From Negativicutes bacterium (GTDB taxonomy: Bacteria; Bacillota; Negativicutes; UBA1444), in the NCBI GenBank assembly GCA_963665275.2, contig CAXXIN010000013.1, positions 32,001 through 96,000 of the forward strand: 64,000 nucleotides of DNA, written 5' to 3'. The notes under the pieces are model-generated. The model did not search any database. It worked only from the letters and a program-made list of their open reading frames with translations, and was not told where the DNA came from. Made by a program: the position numbers and the translations under genes. Positions 10,076 through 19,287 of this stretch are shown one piece after another; within the stretch, counting starts at the first letter, position 1; each line of letters opens with the position of its first letter.

Positions 10076-10934
10076 TAAGTGAAAGCCTCCTCATTGGCGG
10101 AAGACTAGCGTTGATTTCTACGGCTGCCTCATCGGCTGAAGTCCAGGACGAAAACTTTCTTGTTTCGGTCTCCAGCGCAGCCTTCAGTCGCCTTAGCGCA
10201 GGAACTGCCGATGCATAAACCTGTTCAGACAACATTCGGGCCAGAACCTCGTCCAGCGTTCCTGTGAGCGCGACCCGCCCCGCTTCCATGACCACCATCC
10301 GGTCTGCATGCGGCAGCGCCTGGGCCAGATCATGATCCGCCACTACCACCGTAATTCCTTTTTCCTTATTCAGTCGGGCCAACAAAGCATACAAGTCTTC
10401 GGAACCCTCCGGATCCAAAGCGGAGGTCGGCTCGTCCAGCACCAAAATCTTCGGCTGCGACGCCAGTACCGACGCCACCGCCAACCGTTGCTTCTGTCCG
10501 CCGGACAACGCGGATAATTCACGTTCCTCGAGTCCAGTCAGTCCGACCGCCGCCAAGGCTTCAGCTACCTGTACACGGATCAGTTCTGCAGGAACCGCCG
10601 TGTTTTCCAAGGCAAACGCCACTTCATCAAATACAGTCAAAGCCACCAATTGACTCTCGTAGTCCTCCATGACAAACCCCACCCCAGCGGCAATATCCGA
10701 CACCGGCCGATCGGTCGTTACCTGCCCGTCCACCCGCACCTGCCCCGACATGCTGCCCCCGAAAAAATGCGGCACCAGCCCGGTCATCGCCATGCACAGC
10801 GTCGTTTTTCCGCTGCCGTTGGCGCCCGCCAGAATCGTGAACGACCCGACAGGGATCGACAAAGTCACCTGATCCAGTCCGGTTCCCGTCTTGGGATAAT
10901 GATAAGAAAAATCTTCAAACTGGACTGCATCCAT
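10068..10934 (-). CDS. ecfA: ECF transporter ATPase
   Basis: GANGSGKTT, LSGGQKQR and LVLDEPTSALD. Confidence 0.9.
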   Translation of the reverse strand: MDAVQFEDFSYHYPKTGTGLDQVTLSIPVGSFTILAGANGSGKTTLCMAMTGLVPHFFGGSMSGQVRVDGQVTTDRPVSDIAAGVGFVMEDYESQLVALTVFDEVAFALENTAVPAELIRVQVAEALAAVGLTGLEERELSALSGGQKQRLAVASVLASQPKILVLDEPTSALDPEGSEDLYALLARLNKEKGITVVVADHDLAQALPHADRMVVMEAGRVALTGTLDEVLARMLSEQVYASAVPALRRLKAALETETRKFSSWTSADEAAVEINASLPPMRRLSLSA

Positions 10935-11494
10935 TATTTATCCTCCATCCCCAGCAATTTACGGGCCGGATAGTACAACAACTGGGCAATGACCGTATTG
11001 GCGATGGCTGTGAATACAACCACCGGCAACATCCCGTAAATATAAATCTGAGTCGGCACGTTCATCAGAACTTTAAAGGTGGTGATAAAAGTTAATCCAC
11101 TGGCCACTGTGGTGAGAAAAGTAATCACAGCCGGGCGAATGCTGACGGCTTTAATTTTCAGTTCAAACGGCAACGACATCAAGAGCACGCAGGCCAAAGC
11201 GCCGATCGGCTCCGACAGCAGGTTGATATGAGGCATCGGTGACTTGGAAGTGATCGTGTTGATGGCTCCGGCCACGATCCCGATGGCTACCGCTTTGGGC
11301 ACACTGGGATGAATCACGAGAATCGTAATGCAATACATGGTAATGATCCAGTTGATGCTGACTCCGGCAAAACTGGGACTGACCAACCGCATAATCGCCC
11401 CAATGGCGAGCAGCAAAGCAGACACAGCCACCCAACGGAATTTGCCCCCTTGCGACGCTACTTGTTTCATTTCTACCGGTTTGTTGTTTTCCAT
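10934..11494 (-). CDS. ECF S component, probable tryptophan transporter (TrpP-like)
   Basis: About 186-aa multi-TM protein with SALLLAIGAI and NLLSEPIGA; first gene behind a Trp T-box; ATG 11494 with RBS AAGGAGGAG. Confidence 0.75.
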   Translation of the reverse strand: MENNKPVEMKQVASQGGKFRWVAVSALLLAIGAIMRLVSPSFAGVSINWIITMYCITILVIHPSVPKAVAIGIVAGAINTITSKSPMPHINLLSEPIGALACVLLMSLPFELKIKAVSIRPAVITFLTTVASGLTFITTFKVLMNVPTQIYIYGMLPVVVFTAIANTVIAQLLYYPARKLLGMEDK

Positions 11495-11521
11495 CGTTGA
11501 CTCCTCCTTCTGCAATTTAAA

Positions 11522-11815
11522 AATATAAAACCCCTCGCCTCTACTAAATGTAGGGACGAGGGGTTAACCCGCGGTACCACCCTGCTTGGCTCTTGTCGAG
11601 CCCGACTTGGTCAAAGTACGGGACAATTCTGTCCGATACCCGCTTCCCATGTTAACGGAGGAAGTTTGCCGGCAGCGCCTACCCCGCTATTAGCGGATCG
11701 GACTGCATCTCTCAGGCCCATTCGTCGTGTTGAGTCACGCTGGTCTTCCACTGACACCAGCTCGCTGAGGCTCTCTCGCACGAGTACTCTTCCTGATCAT
11801 TGACGTTAAAAATGT
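11522..11815 (-). ncRNA. T-box riboswitch, tryptophan specifier (UGG)
   Basis: Minus strand: stem I with AGGAAGAGTA and AGCGAGCTGGTGTCAGTGGAAG; GAA-TGG specifier at 11718-11720; T-box AGGGTGGTACCGCG (11570-11583); terminator CCCCTCGTCCCTAC...GTAGAGGCGAGGGG-TTTT. Confidence 0.95.
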
Positions 11816-11827
11816 TTTATTGAATGT

Positions 11828-11856
11828 AGTGTAACAGCCGCCGGATTTCTTGTCAA
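11828..11856 (-). promoter_or_regulatory. Sigma-A promoter of the T-box leader
   Basis: TTGACA-17 nt-TACACT on the minus strand, immediately upstream of T-box stem I. Confidence 0.85.
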
Positions 11857-11873
11857 GCACAATTGTCGAAATT

Positions 11874-14411
11874 TCATCGTTGCCACAGGATCTGCGATGA
11901 CTCAAGCGGCACTGCTGCTTCAGGGTGGTACGGAATAATCCGCGCTGTGTAATCGGATGCCGGTCGGGCATCAGAAACCGCCGCACCATAAACGAAAGCG
12001 CCGATTGTCCCCGTCAGTTTCCGAAGTCGCTGCATTTCCACCGCGACGGGTACGCCGCTATCGACTCCCTGAGCATAAAGTTCCACGCGGACCGCAGCCG
12101 GGTCGAGTACGTTCAGGTATAGCTGGATCTCGAATATATGGCTGCCCGAATCGTGCATCACGCTCATTTCACCAAAATGCAACGCATGCCAATTTTCTTT
12201 TATGGCGGACAGCCAGTTGGCAATACCCGCGCCGCCTTGCGCAACTCGTTTGTGGTATGCAGAAGCCGCGGGGAGGTAGCGCTGTTCGGTATATTCCCGC
12301 ACGGTCCTATTGGCGGAAAATTGAGGCGTCAGCCGGGCCATGCTTTCCCGAATCTTTGCCAGCCAGGCGATTGGCATGCCGTTCTTGTCGCGGGTATAAA
12401 ATGCAGGAACGACCTCGTTCTCAAGCAAATTATAAAGTTCTTCGGCTTCAATCGCATCCCATGCCGGCGTGTCATCATGTTCCCGCCCGTCTCCCAGCGC
12501 CCACCCCACTTCCGGAGCGTAGGCTTCCGCCCACCATCCGTCTAGTTCCGACAAATTGAGCCCGCCATTAACCAGCACCTTCATCCCGCTGGTACCGCTG
12601 GCTTCCCATGGTCGCCGCGGCGTATTCAGCCAGACATCCACTCCCTGCACCAATTGTTCCGTCAACAGCATGTCATAATCACTCAAGAACATTACATGGG
12701 AACGGGCCTCGGGTCGCCGGACAAACTGGACCCATTCCCGCAACAGGGCCTGCCCCGCTTGATCCGCAGGGTGCGCCTTGCCTGCCAGAATCAGCTGGAC
12801 GGGACGCTGCGGATCAGTTAGCAGACGCAGCAGCCTTTCCGGGTCATGCAGCAACAAGTTTGGTCTCTTGTAGGTGGCGAACCGTCGCGCAAAGCCCAGC
12901 GTCAAAACGTCAGGGTCAAACAGCAGTCTCGTCCTGGCGCATTCTTCAAGAGGTTCACCCGTCACGGCCCATTGGCGGGCCAACCTTTCACGGGCAAAAT
13001 TGATGAGAGTTTTACGGGCTTCTGTACGCAATTGCCACAACTGGGCATCAGTGACACCGTGCATATCCTGTTCCAATGTTTCGATCGTCCCCAGCCAGCG
13101 GTCCTTGCCGCAGGCCCCGGTCCAAAAATCATCGGCCAGTTTCGAGTCCCAGCTCGGGGTATGAACTCCGTTGGTAACATACCCGACAGGCACTTCCGCT
13201 TCCGGCCAGCGCGGGAATAGCGGAGCAAAGATGTGACGGCTCACTTCACCATGCAAACGACTGACCCCATTAACCGCCCCGCTCCCACGGATTGCCAGAT
13301 AGGCCGTGTTGAAACTTTCCGAAGGGTCGTTCGGGTTTTGTTGCCCCAGAGCCAACAACTCAGGCAGAGTGATTCCGAGCTCTCGTTCGGCATACCCGCC
13401 AAGGTATTTTTGAATGAGAATGGGGTCAAAACGATCAAACCCTGCAGCCACCGCGGTATGGGTTGTAAAGATATTGCCCGCCCGTGTAATTGCCAGCGCC
13501 GTTTCAAAAGGCAGTCCTGATCCTTGCATGAAACTTCCGGCACGTTCCAACACGGCAAAAGCGGCATGCCCTTCGTTCAGGTGGCACACTTCCGGTTGGA
13601 TGCCCAGCACAGCAAGCAGCCGCCAGCCGCCGATTCCTAGAATCAGTTCCTGCGTGAGGCGCAGTTCCTGGCCGCCGCCATAGAGTTCACTGGTAATCCC
13701 GCGATGAGCCGGGAAATTCGCCGCATCATTACTGTCCAACAGAAACAGCTTTACTCGGCCGACCTGGGCCTGCCAAGCTCGCAGCCACACAGAATAGCCC
13801 GGCAAGGAAATTTCCAGCCGCAGCCACTCGCCGTTCGATTGGCGCAAGGGCGTGATCGGCAGTTGGCCGGGGTCGTTATAAGGGAAGAGCGCTTGCTGCG
13901 CTCCCTCCTTGTCAATCACTTGGCGAAAATAGCCTTGTTGGTACAGCAGCCCGACGCCGACTACCGGCACACCCAAATCACTGGCGGCTTTAAGTTGATC
14001 CCCTGCCACATTGCCGAGTCCGCCGGAGTAAATCGGCAGCGCCTCGCTCAACATGAATTCCATGCTGAAATAAGCAACGCCGCTCAAGGGGGACTGCGAA
14101 TGATTTTGTTGAAACCAAGTCATTGATTCGGCTACAGTTCGTTTGACCTTCACCAGCTTGTCCACTGTTTTCCTGAACGCGGCATCGGCCATCAGGCGCT
14201 CGATTTGGTCCCGCGAGACGGTTTGCAGGACAACCCAGGGGTTATGCGTGAGATCCCACAACTTGGGATCGAGTTGCCGCCAAACTTCGTCAGTTGCGTG
14301 ATTCCATGTCCAGCGCAGATCGAGCGCCAGTTCTGCCAGCAAATCGAAGCCCTCAACTTCCGTAGGAAGCAGACTGTGCAATGGGTGAATGAAACGCAGT
14401 GGTTTACTCAT
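11874..14411 (-). CDS. glgP: Alpha-glucan (glycogen/maltodextrin) phosphorylase
   Basis: YFSMEF, YSGGLG, HLNEGH, FARRFATYKR and EASGTSGMK (PLP site); start re-set to ATG 14411 (RBS GGGAGGG). Confidence 0.95.
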   Translation of the reverse strand: MSKPLRFIHPLHSLLPTEVEGFDLLAELALDLRWTWNHATDEVWRQLDPKLWDLTHNPWVVLQTVSRDQIERLMADAAFRKTVDKLVKVKRTVAESMTWFQQNHSQSPLSGVAYFSMEFMLSEALPIYSGGLGNVAGDQLKAASDLGVPVVGVGLLYQQGYFRQVIDKEGAQQALFPYNDPGQLPITPLRQSNGEWLRLEISLPGYSVWLRAWQAQVGRVKLFLLDSNDAANFPAHRGITSELYGGGQELRLTQELILGIGGWRLLAVLGIQPEVCHLNEGHAAFAVLERAGSFMQGSGLPFETALAITRAGNIFTTHTAVAAGFDRFDPILIQKYLGGYAERELGITLPELLALGQQNPNDPSESFNTAYLAIRGSGAVNGVSRLHGEVSRHIFAPLFPRWPEAEVPVGYVTNGVHTPSWDSKLADDFWTGACGKDRWLGTIETLEQDMHGVTDAQLWQLRTEARKTLINFARERLARQWAVTGEPLEECARTRLLFDPDVLTLGFARRFATYKRPNLLLHDPERLLRLLTDPQRPVQLILAGKAHPADQAGQALLREWVQFVRRPEARSHVMFLSDYDMLLTEQLVQGVDVWLNTPRRPWEASGTSGMKVLVNGGLNLSELDGWWAEAYAPEVGWALGDGREHDDTPAWDAIEAEELYNLLENEVVPAFYTRDKNGMPIAWLAKIRESMARLTPQFSANRTVREYTEQRYLPAASAYHKRVAQGGAGIANWLSAIKENWHALHFGEMSVMHDSGSHIFEIQLYLNVLDPAAVRVELYAQGVDSGVPVAVEMQRLRKLTGTIGAFVYGAAVSDARPASDYTARIIPYHPEAAVPLESSQILWQR

Positions 14412-14753
14412 GCTATTCCCTCCCAAAGCGACTCTGCACCAAAATGGAAAATGTAATCTTCCATACAATGCCGTGCCGTTAATGCGCATGCTATTGGTTG
14501 TCACTAGTTACTTTCTGATTTTCTTCAATAAATCCTGCCGTCTTATCCGTATTCCTCCTCGCCACTTTGAGGGTTAGATTCTGCATGCCGACCCTATTGG
14601 ACTTCAGCCCGTCAGCTACTTCTGGCCACAACGTCGGTACTCGGCAACCTTCCCAGTCAAAATTCCACTTCCTCGTAAGAGGAGGCGTGGCAAACCACGT
14701 CGAAACAAATATACATATCACATCATCTTATTTTGTTCAGGGAGGTCCCCCGA

Positions 14754-17237
14754 ATGAATTTTAATCTCGTCTCCGGTTCCGACAATGCCGAGCTTCAGAC
14801 CCGAATCTTATGGAATGGGCTATCCGAGTCGCTGCCGTATGTCCTTTTGGATGACCTGCCCCATCTGATATGGGTCAAGGACCCGCAGGGACGTTATGTT
14901 TACATCAACGCCGCTTATCGCCGCTTTCACGGCCTCTGCGATTTCAATGAACGGATCGGTTTAACCGATGCGGATATCTATCCGGAATCAGCCGCGTCAA
15001 GATATCGACAGGAAGATCTCCAAGTTTTCACAACCCGCCTGCCCCTCAACATCGAGGACCGGCACGTGCAAGAAAGCCCCCATTCCCCAGCTATATATGA
15101 TACCAGCAAGCGCCCCATTTTTTCGCCGGATGGCAGTGTCGTAGGCGTTTACGGAATATCGCGAGATATCACCGCCAGCAGAGCGCAAGACGAACAAACC
15201 GCCCACCAGAACAGGCTGCTGGCCGCGTTGCACGAAGTTTCATTAGAACTAATGCAGCAGCACGATTTGCAGGTTTTGCTGCCGATCATTCTGCAGCGCT
15301 CGGCGGAAGTCGTTGGCGCTCCAGTCGCCCTTATGCATTTCTTTGACCCAGAGAGCGATTCCCTGAAGATACTACACGCCTGGGGAGCCGAAGTCGCGGC
15401 TTCGTCGAGTTATCATGTCAAAAAAGGCCAAGCTTTGGCAGGTCGGGTCTGGCAACTCGAAAGCGTCGTCGTGTTGGAAGACTATCAAACCTGGGAACAC
15501 CAACATCCCACTCCGTACCTGCAAAATGTCCGGGCGGCGGTCGGGGTTCCCATTCGTTCCAACAATCAAATCGCCGGTGTTGTCACCCTCATTCACACCG
15601 ATCCGAAGCAACGTTTTTCGTCTCTGGACGTGGCCACGCTCGAACAATTCAGCGCGCTGGCTTCAGTCGCCCTCGAAAATGCCAGACTGTTCGAGGACGC
15701 TTCCGCCGAACTTCGCCAGCGGCGGGCGAGCGACGAACGCTATCGCGCACTCGTCCAGCAGTCTTCGGAGGCGATTCTGCTGATTGACCCCCCCACTCGC
15801 AATCTGTTGCAGGCCAACGAACGTTTTCTGGTGCTCACCGGTTATTCGGCAAGCGAGATCCTGTCGCTCACCCTCTACGACGTCATCGCCGACCAAAAAC
15901 GCTGGATTGACCACAACATCGATGTCGTCCTGCCCCGCGACCGCAAACTCCCACCGCAGACGTTAAGCTTCCTTTGCAAGGATGGCTCGACTTTCGACCT
16001 GGAACGAAGCGCCTGCCTAGTCTCCATCGAAGACCGTGATGCAATAATGATGGTAGGTCGAGATATTTCCGATCGTCGCCATAACCGTCTCGCCGAGTTC
16101 CTGCACGAAACAACTATCGACATTCTCAGACACCGGGACCAGGATAAAATCCTTGAGGTTTTAGTTGGAAAAGCAGTGAGTCTCGCCGGAGCTCCCGCCG
16201 GCTATTGTCTGCTCCTAGATGAATACGCCGGCGAAATGCGCATTGCTACCGCCGTCGGCTTCGATGCCGGTTTTCTCTCGACCGGAATAAAAAAAGGCGA
16301 GGGGCTGTCCGGTTATGTATGGCGATCAGGTGAAGCTCTAGCCGTCGACGATTATAAACACTGGGATGGACGCCTGACCGCGTCCCGCTTCAATCGGGTT
16401 TTCTCCGCAGCAGCTTTTCCACTCAAAAATTCATCTGCTGAAGTAATCGGGGTGCTGGCCGTCATTCACTTTGATCCCGCCAAACGGATTCACAAAGACG
16501 ATTTTACTTGTCTGGACGAAGTCGCCCGCCTGACTTCCCTGGCTCTCGACAGCGCCCGCCTATACAATACAGCGCGTGTGGAAATCGCCACCCGGGCAGA
16601 AATCGAAATGCAACTACGCGGCGCTTATGAAAAATTGGACAGCACTTATGACACCACACTGGAAGGTTGGGCCCGAGCGCTGGATTTGCGTGACTGCGAA
16701 ACTGAGGGGCATAGCCGCCGAGTGGCCTCGGTAGCTGTAGCGATGGCCCGGGTCATGGAATTGCCGGAAGATCAGCTTATTCATATTTGGCGAGGCGCTC
16801 TGCTCCACGACATTGGCAAGCTCGGAGTGCCCGATTCCATCCTGCTGAAACCGGCTTCGCTCACTGAAGAAGAATGGCAAATCATGCGTCTGCACCCTGT
16901 TTATGGCTACGACTGGTTACTCCCCATCGAATACCTGCAGCCTGCGCTCGCGATTCCCCGTAGTCATCACGAGCGTTGGGACGGCGCCGGCTATCCTGAC
17001 CGGCTGCGTGGGGAAGAGATTCCTTTGCAGGCCCGTATTTTCGCCCCGATCGATGTGTGGGACGCCTTGTCCTCCAATCGTCCGTACCGCCGCAGCTGGC
17101 CGGCCGACAAGATCCGCGAACATATCCGAGCCCTCGCCGGATCCCATTTTGATCCGGCAGTCGTGGAAGTCTTTCTCTCCCTTCCGCCTTCAGCGCTGGT
17201 CCTTCAGGAGAAATCCCCTTACAAAACTCCCTTCTGA
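14754..17237 (+). CDS. Cytoplasmic PAS-GAF-PAS-GAF-HD-GYP cyclic dinucleotide phosphodiesterase
   Basis: PAS (WVKDPQGRY...GISRDIT), two GAFs, ETEGHSRRV, LLHDIGK and HHERWDGAGYP; ATG 14754 with RBS GGAGGT. Confidence 0.92.
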   Translation: MNFNLVSGSDNAELQTRILWNGLSESLPYVLLDDLPHLIWVKDPQGRYVYINAAYRRFHGLCDFNERIGLTDADIYPESAASRYRQEDLQVFTTRLPLNIEDRHVQESPHSPAIYDTSKRPIFSPDGSVVGVYGISRDITASRAQDEQTAHQNRLLAALHEVSLELMQQHDLQVLLPIILQRSAEVVGAPVALMHFFDPESDSLKILHAWGAEVAASSSYHVKKGQALAGRVWQLESVVVLEDYQTWEHQHPTPYLQNVRAAVGVPIRSNNQIAGVVTLIHTDPKQRFSSLDVATLEQFSALASVALENARLFEDASAELRQRRASDERYRALVQQSSEAILLIDPPTRNLLQANERFLVLTGYSASEILSLTLYDVIADQKRWIDHNIDVVLPRDRKLPPQTLSFLCKDGSTFDLERSACLVSIEDRDAIMMVGRDISDRRHNRLAEFLHETTIDILRHRDQDKILEVLVGKAVSLAGAPAGYCLLLDEYAGEMRIATAVGFDAGFLSTGIKKGEGLSGYVWRSGEALAVDDYKHWDGRLTASRFNRVFSAAAFPLKNSSAEVIGVLAVIHFDPAKRIHKDDFTCLDEVARLTSLALDSARLYNTARVEIATRAEIEMQLRGAYEKLDSTYDTTLEGWARALDLRDCETEGHSRRVASVAVAMARVMELPEDQLIHIWRGALLHDIGKLGVPDSILLKPASLTEEEWQIMRLHPVYGYDWLLPIEYLQPALAIPRSHHERWDGAGYPDRLRGEEIPLQARIFAPIDVWDALSSNRPYRRSWPADKIREHIRALAGSHFDPAVVEVFLSLPPSALVLQEKSPYKTPF

Positions 17238-17247
17238 ATATTCCAAG

Positions 17248-17303
17248 TTAGATAATAAGGGGAGCCCTTCTCAAAATTGAGAAGGGCTCCCCTTATTATC
17301 TAA
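17248..17303. repeat. Perfect 27-bp inverted repeat with 2-nt spacer, probable bidirectional terminator
   Basis: TTAGATAATAAGGGGAGCCCTTCTCAA-AA-TTGAGAAGGGCTCCCCTTATTATCTAA between convergent genes. Confidence 0.9.
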
Positions 17304-17315
17304 GCATTGTCAGTT

Positions 17316-18113
17316 TTATTTCACCGGCTTGCGGTAAAAGAACGGCATATAGTGTTGGAAACCGATGTCCCGGAAATTCAGGATGGCCTCCGTGCCGCCG
17401 ACGAACAGAACGCCGCCGGGGCGCAGCGCTTCCAGAAAGCGGCGATACAGTTTGTCCTTGGCTTCTTCCGTAAAGTAGATGACGACGTTACGACAGGAAA
17501 TCAAGTCGAATCCGCTGTCATACTTGTCCAGCAGCAGATTGTGATGCTGAAAAACGATCCCATCTTTCACTTCTGGATTCACGCCGTAACGATCCTTGTC
17601 AACCTGCCTAAAATGCTTCGCCAAGCGCGGCGGCGTGACATTTTTCAGTTCGTTGTTTTGGTAAATGCCTTCTTTGGCTTTGGCCAACATCTTCACATCC
17701 AGGTCACTGGCCAGAATCTGGTGCTTCACTCGCGGCGTAACATCCGACAGCATAATGGAAAAAGAATACGGTTCCGCCCCAGTCGAGCACCCTGCGCTCC
17801 ATATTTTGAGGCGCGAGCTTTGCTGCAGCAGATCCGGAATGACCTTCTGTTCCAATTCCACGAATTTTTCCGGCGTCCGAAAAAACTCCGTGACGTTGAT
17901 CGTCAAATAATCGATGAAATAACGATATAGAGCTTCATCTTTATCAATCAGCTGAAAAAACTCCATATACTTGGAAACATTATGGCGGGTCATCAGGTTG
18001 CTGATCCTTCGCTGCATCTGGGCCGGTTTGTAGTGATTCAGGTCGATTTGGGCCTTGGTGTTGAACTTCGTCTTGAATTCTTCCCAGTCACGGTCCATTA
18101 TTTCTGCTGCCAT
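17316..18113 (-). CDS. cheR: Chemotaxis protein methyltransferase CheR
   Basis: LTINVTEFFR, IWSAGCSTGAEPYS and CRNVVIYF. Confidence 0.95.
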   Translation of the reverse strand: MAAEIMDRDWEEFKTKFNTKAQIDLNHYKPAQMQRRISNLMTRHNVSKYMEFFQLIDKDEALYRYFIDYLTINVTEFFRTPEKFVELEQKVIPDLLQQSSRLKIWSAGCSTGAEPYSFSIMLSDVTPRVKHQILASDLDVKMLAKAKEGIYQNNELKNVTPPRLAKHFRQVDKDRYGVNPEVKDGIVFQHHNLLLDKYDSGFDLISCRNVVIYFTEEAKDKLYRRFLEALRPGGVLFVGGTEAILNFRDIGFQHYMPFFYRKPVK

Positions 18114-19273
18114 GCCGTCCCTCCATTATCAGCCGACAAGTCACTGACAGACCCGCCAACCCATATTTTAACTGGTCTTGAAGCCATCTCTAACGGATCG
18201 CCGCTCCAGACCACGATATCTGCATCGCGTCCTGGCGCCAGCATCCCTACACGGTCGGAAATCCCCAGAATCTCAGCGGGATCGCGAGTCACGGCCCTGA
18301 GTGCAGCCATCGGCGACAAACCGAATCGAACTGCCAGTCCTGCATAAACTGACAGGAACATATTGGGAACCACCGGATGGTCGCTGATCAGCGCGAACTG
18401 CACACCATGCGCTGCCAATACGGCTGGCGTCCGGTAGCTCTTGTCTTTCAACTCCATTTTCGCCCGGGTGATAAGCTGAGGGCCGATCACAACCTTGGCC
18501 TGGCGCTGCGCCAGTTCGGATGCGATCAGATGCCCTTCGGTGCAATGGTCGAGCACGATGTCGACGTCGAACTCGCGCGCAATTCGCAACGCCGTCATGA
18601 TATCATCCGCCCGGTGAGCATGGGCCCGCAGCGGCATTTCGTGGCGCAGCACCCGCAGCACCGCATCCATGCCGAAATCCGGCGTGAATTCTTTGGTGCC
18701 TTTTTTCTTCAGGTACTCGCGGGCTTTCTGCAGTGTCTCCCGAATCAGGTACGCCGTCGCCATCCGTGTCACCGGCGCTTTCTGTTTGTCGCCGTAAACA
18801 CGTCGCGGATTCTCGCCGAAGGCAATTTTGAGGCCGGCATGCCGTTTGAGGATCATGGACTCCACCGTTGGACGGCGAACCGTCTTTACCACGACGCACT
18901 GTCCACCAACAGCATTGGCGCTGCCGGGAGCTATCATAACCGTGGTCACGCCGCCGGCCAGAGCATCATCAAAAGCGATATCCGTCGGATTGATGGCATC
19001 CAGTGCATCCATAGCGGGAGTCACCGGTCCACTCATTTCATTGCCATCTTCCGCCGACCACTCGGTCGGCTCAGAATAGACCCCGAGATGTGTGTGTGCA
19101 TCGATCAGGCCCGGCATCACCACTTTGCCTGTCGCATCGTAAATCTCGCAGCCCTCGGGAATCGGCAGGTTCTCGCCAACAGCGACGATTTTTCCGCCTT
19201 CCACCAACACGCAGCCCGTCTCCAGAACTGCTCCGTCCATCGTATAAACTTTACCGCCAGTAATCGCCAGCAT
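18098..19273 (-). CDS. Metal-dependent amidohydrolase (imidazolonepropionase-like family)
   Basis: MPGLIDAHTHLG, KIAFGENP, HAHRADD, SDHPV and GRDADIVVW; start re-set to ATG 19273. Confidence 0.88.
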   Translation of the reverse strand: MLAITGGKVYTMDGAVLETGCVLVEGGKIVAVGENLPIPEGCEIYDATGKVVMPGLIDAHTHLGVYSEPTEWSAEDGNEMSGPVTPAMDALDAINPTDIAFDDALAGGVTTVMIAPGSANAVGGQCVVVKTVRRPTVESMILKRHAGLKIAFGENPRRVYGDKQKAPVTRMATAYLIRETLQKAREYLKKKGTKEFTPDFGMDAVLRVLRHEMPLRAHAHRADDIMTALRIAREFDVDIVLDHCTEGHLIASELAQRQAKVVIGPQLITRAKMELKDKSYRTPAVLAAHGVQFALISDHPVVPNMFLSVYAGLAVRFGLSPMAALRAVTRDPAEILGISDRVGMLAPGRDADIVVWSGDPLEMASRPVKIWVGGSVSDLSADNGGTAWQQK

Positions 19274-19287
19274 CGCGTTCTTCCTTT

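Noticed and set aside
9164-10078. 304-aa plus-strand ORF (likewise 18377-19291, 34060-34932, 38765-39670 and 52601-53422)
   Set aside because: All lie antisense to well-supported genes and have no motifs
11874-14411. glgP as a horizontally acquired, proteobacterial-like gene
   Set aside because: Impression from the N-terminal sequence only; no mobility signal, and it needs a phylogeny
14686-14712. GGCAAACC...GAAA resembling a c-di-GMP-I riboswitch
   Set aside because: No closing P2 strand, no GACGCAAAG junction and no P3; not called
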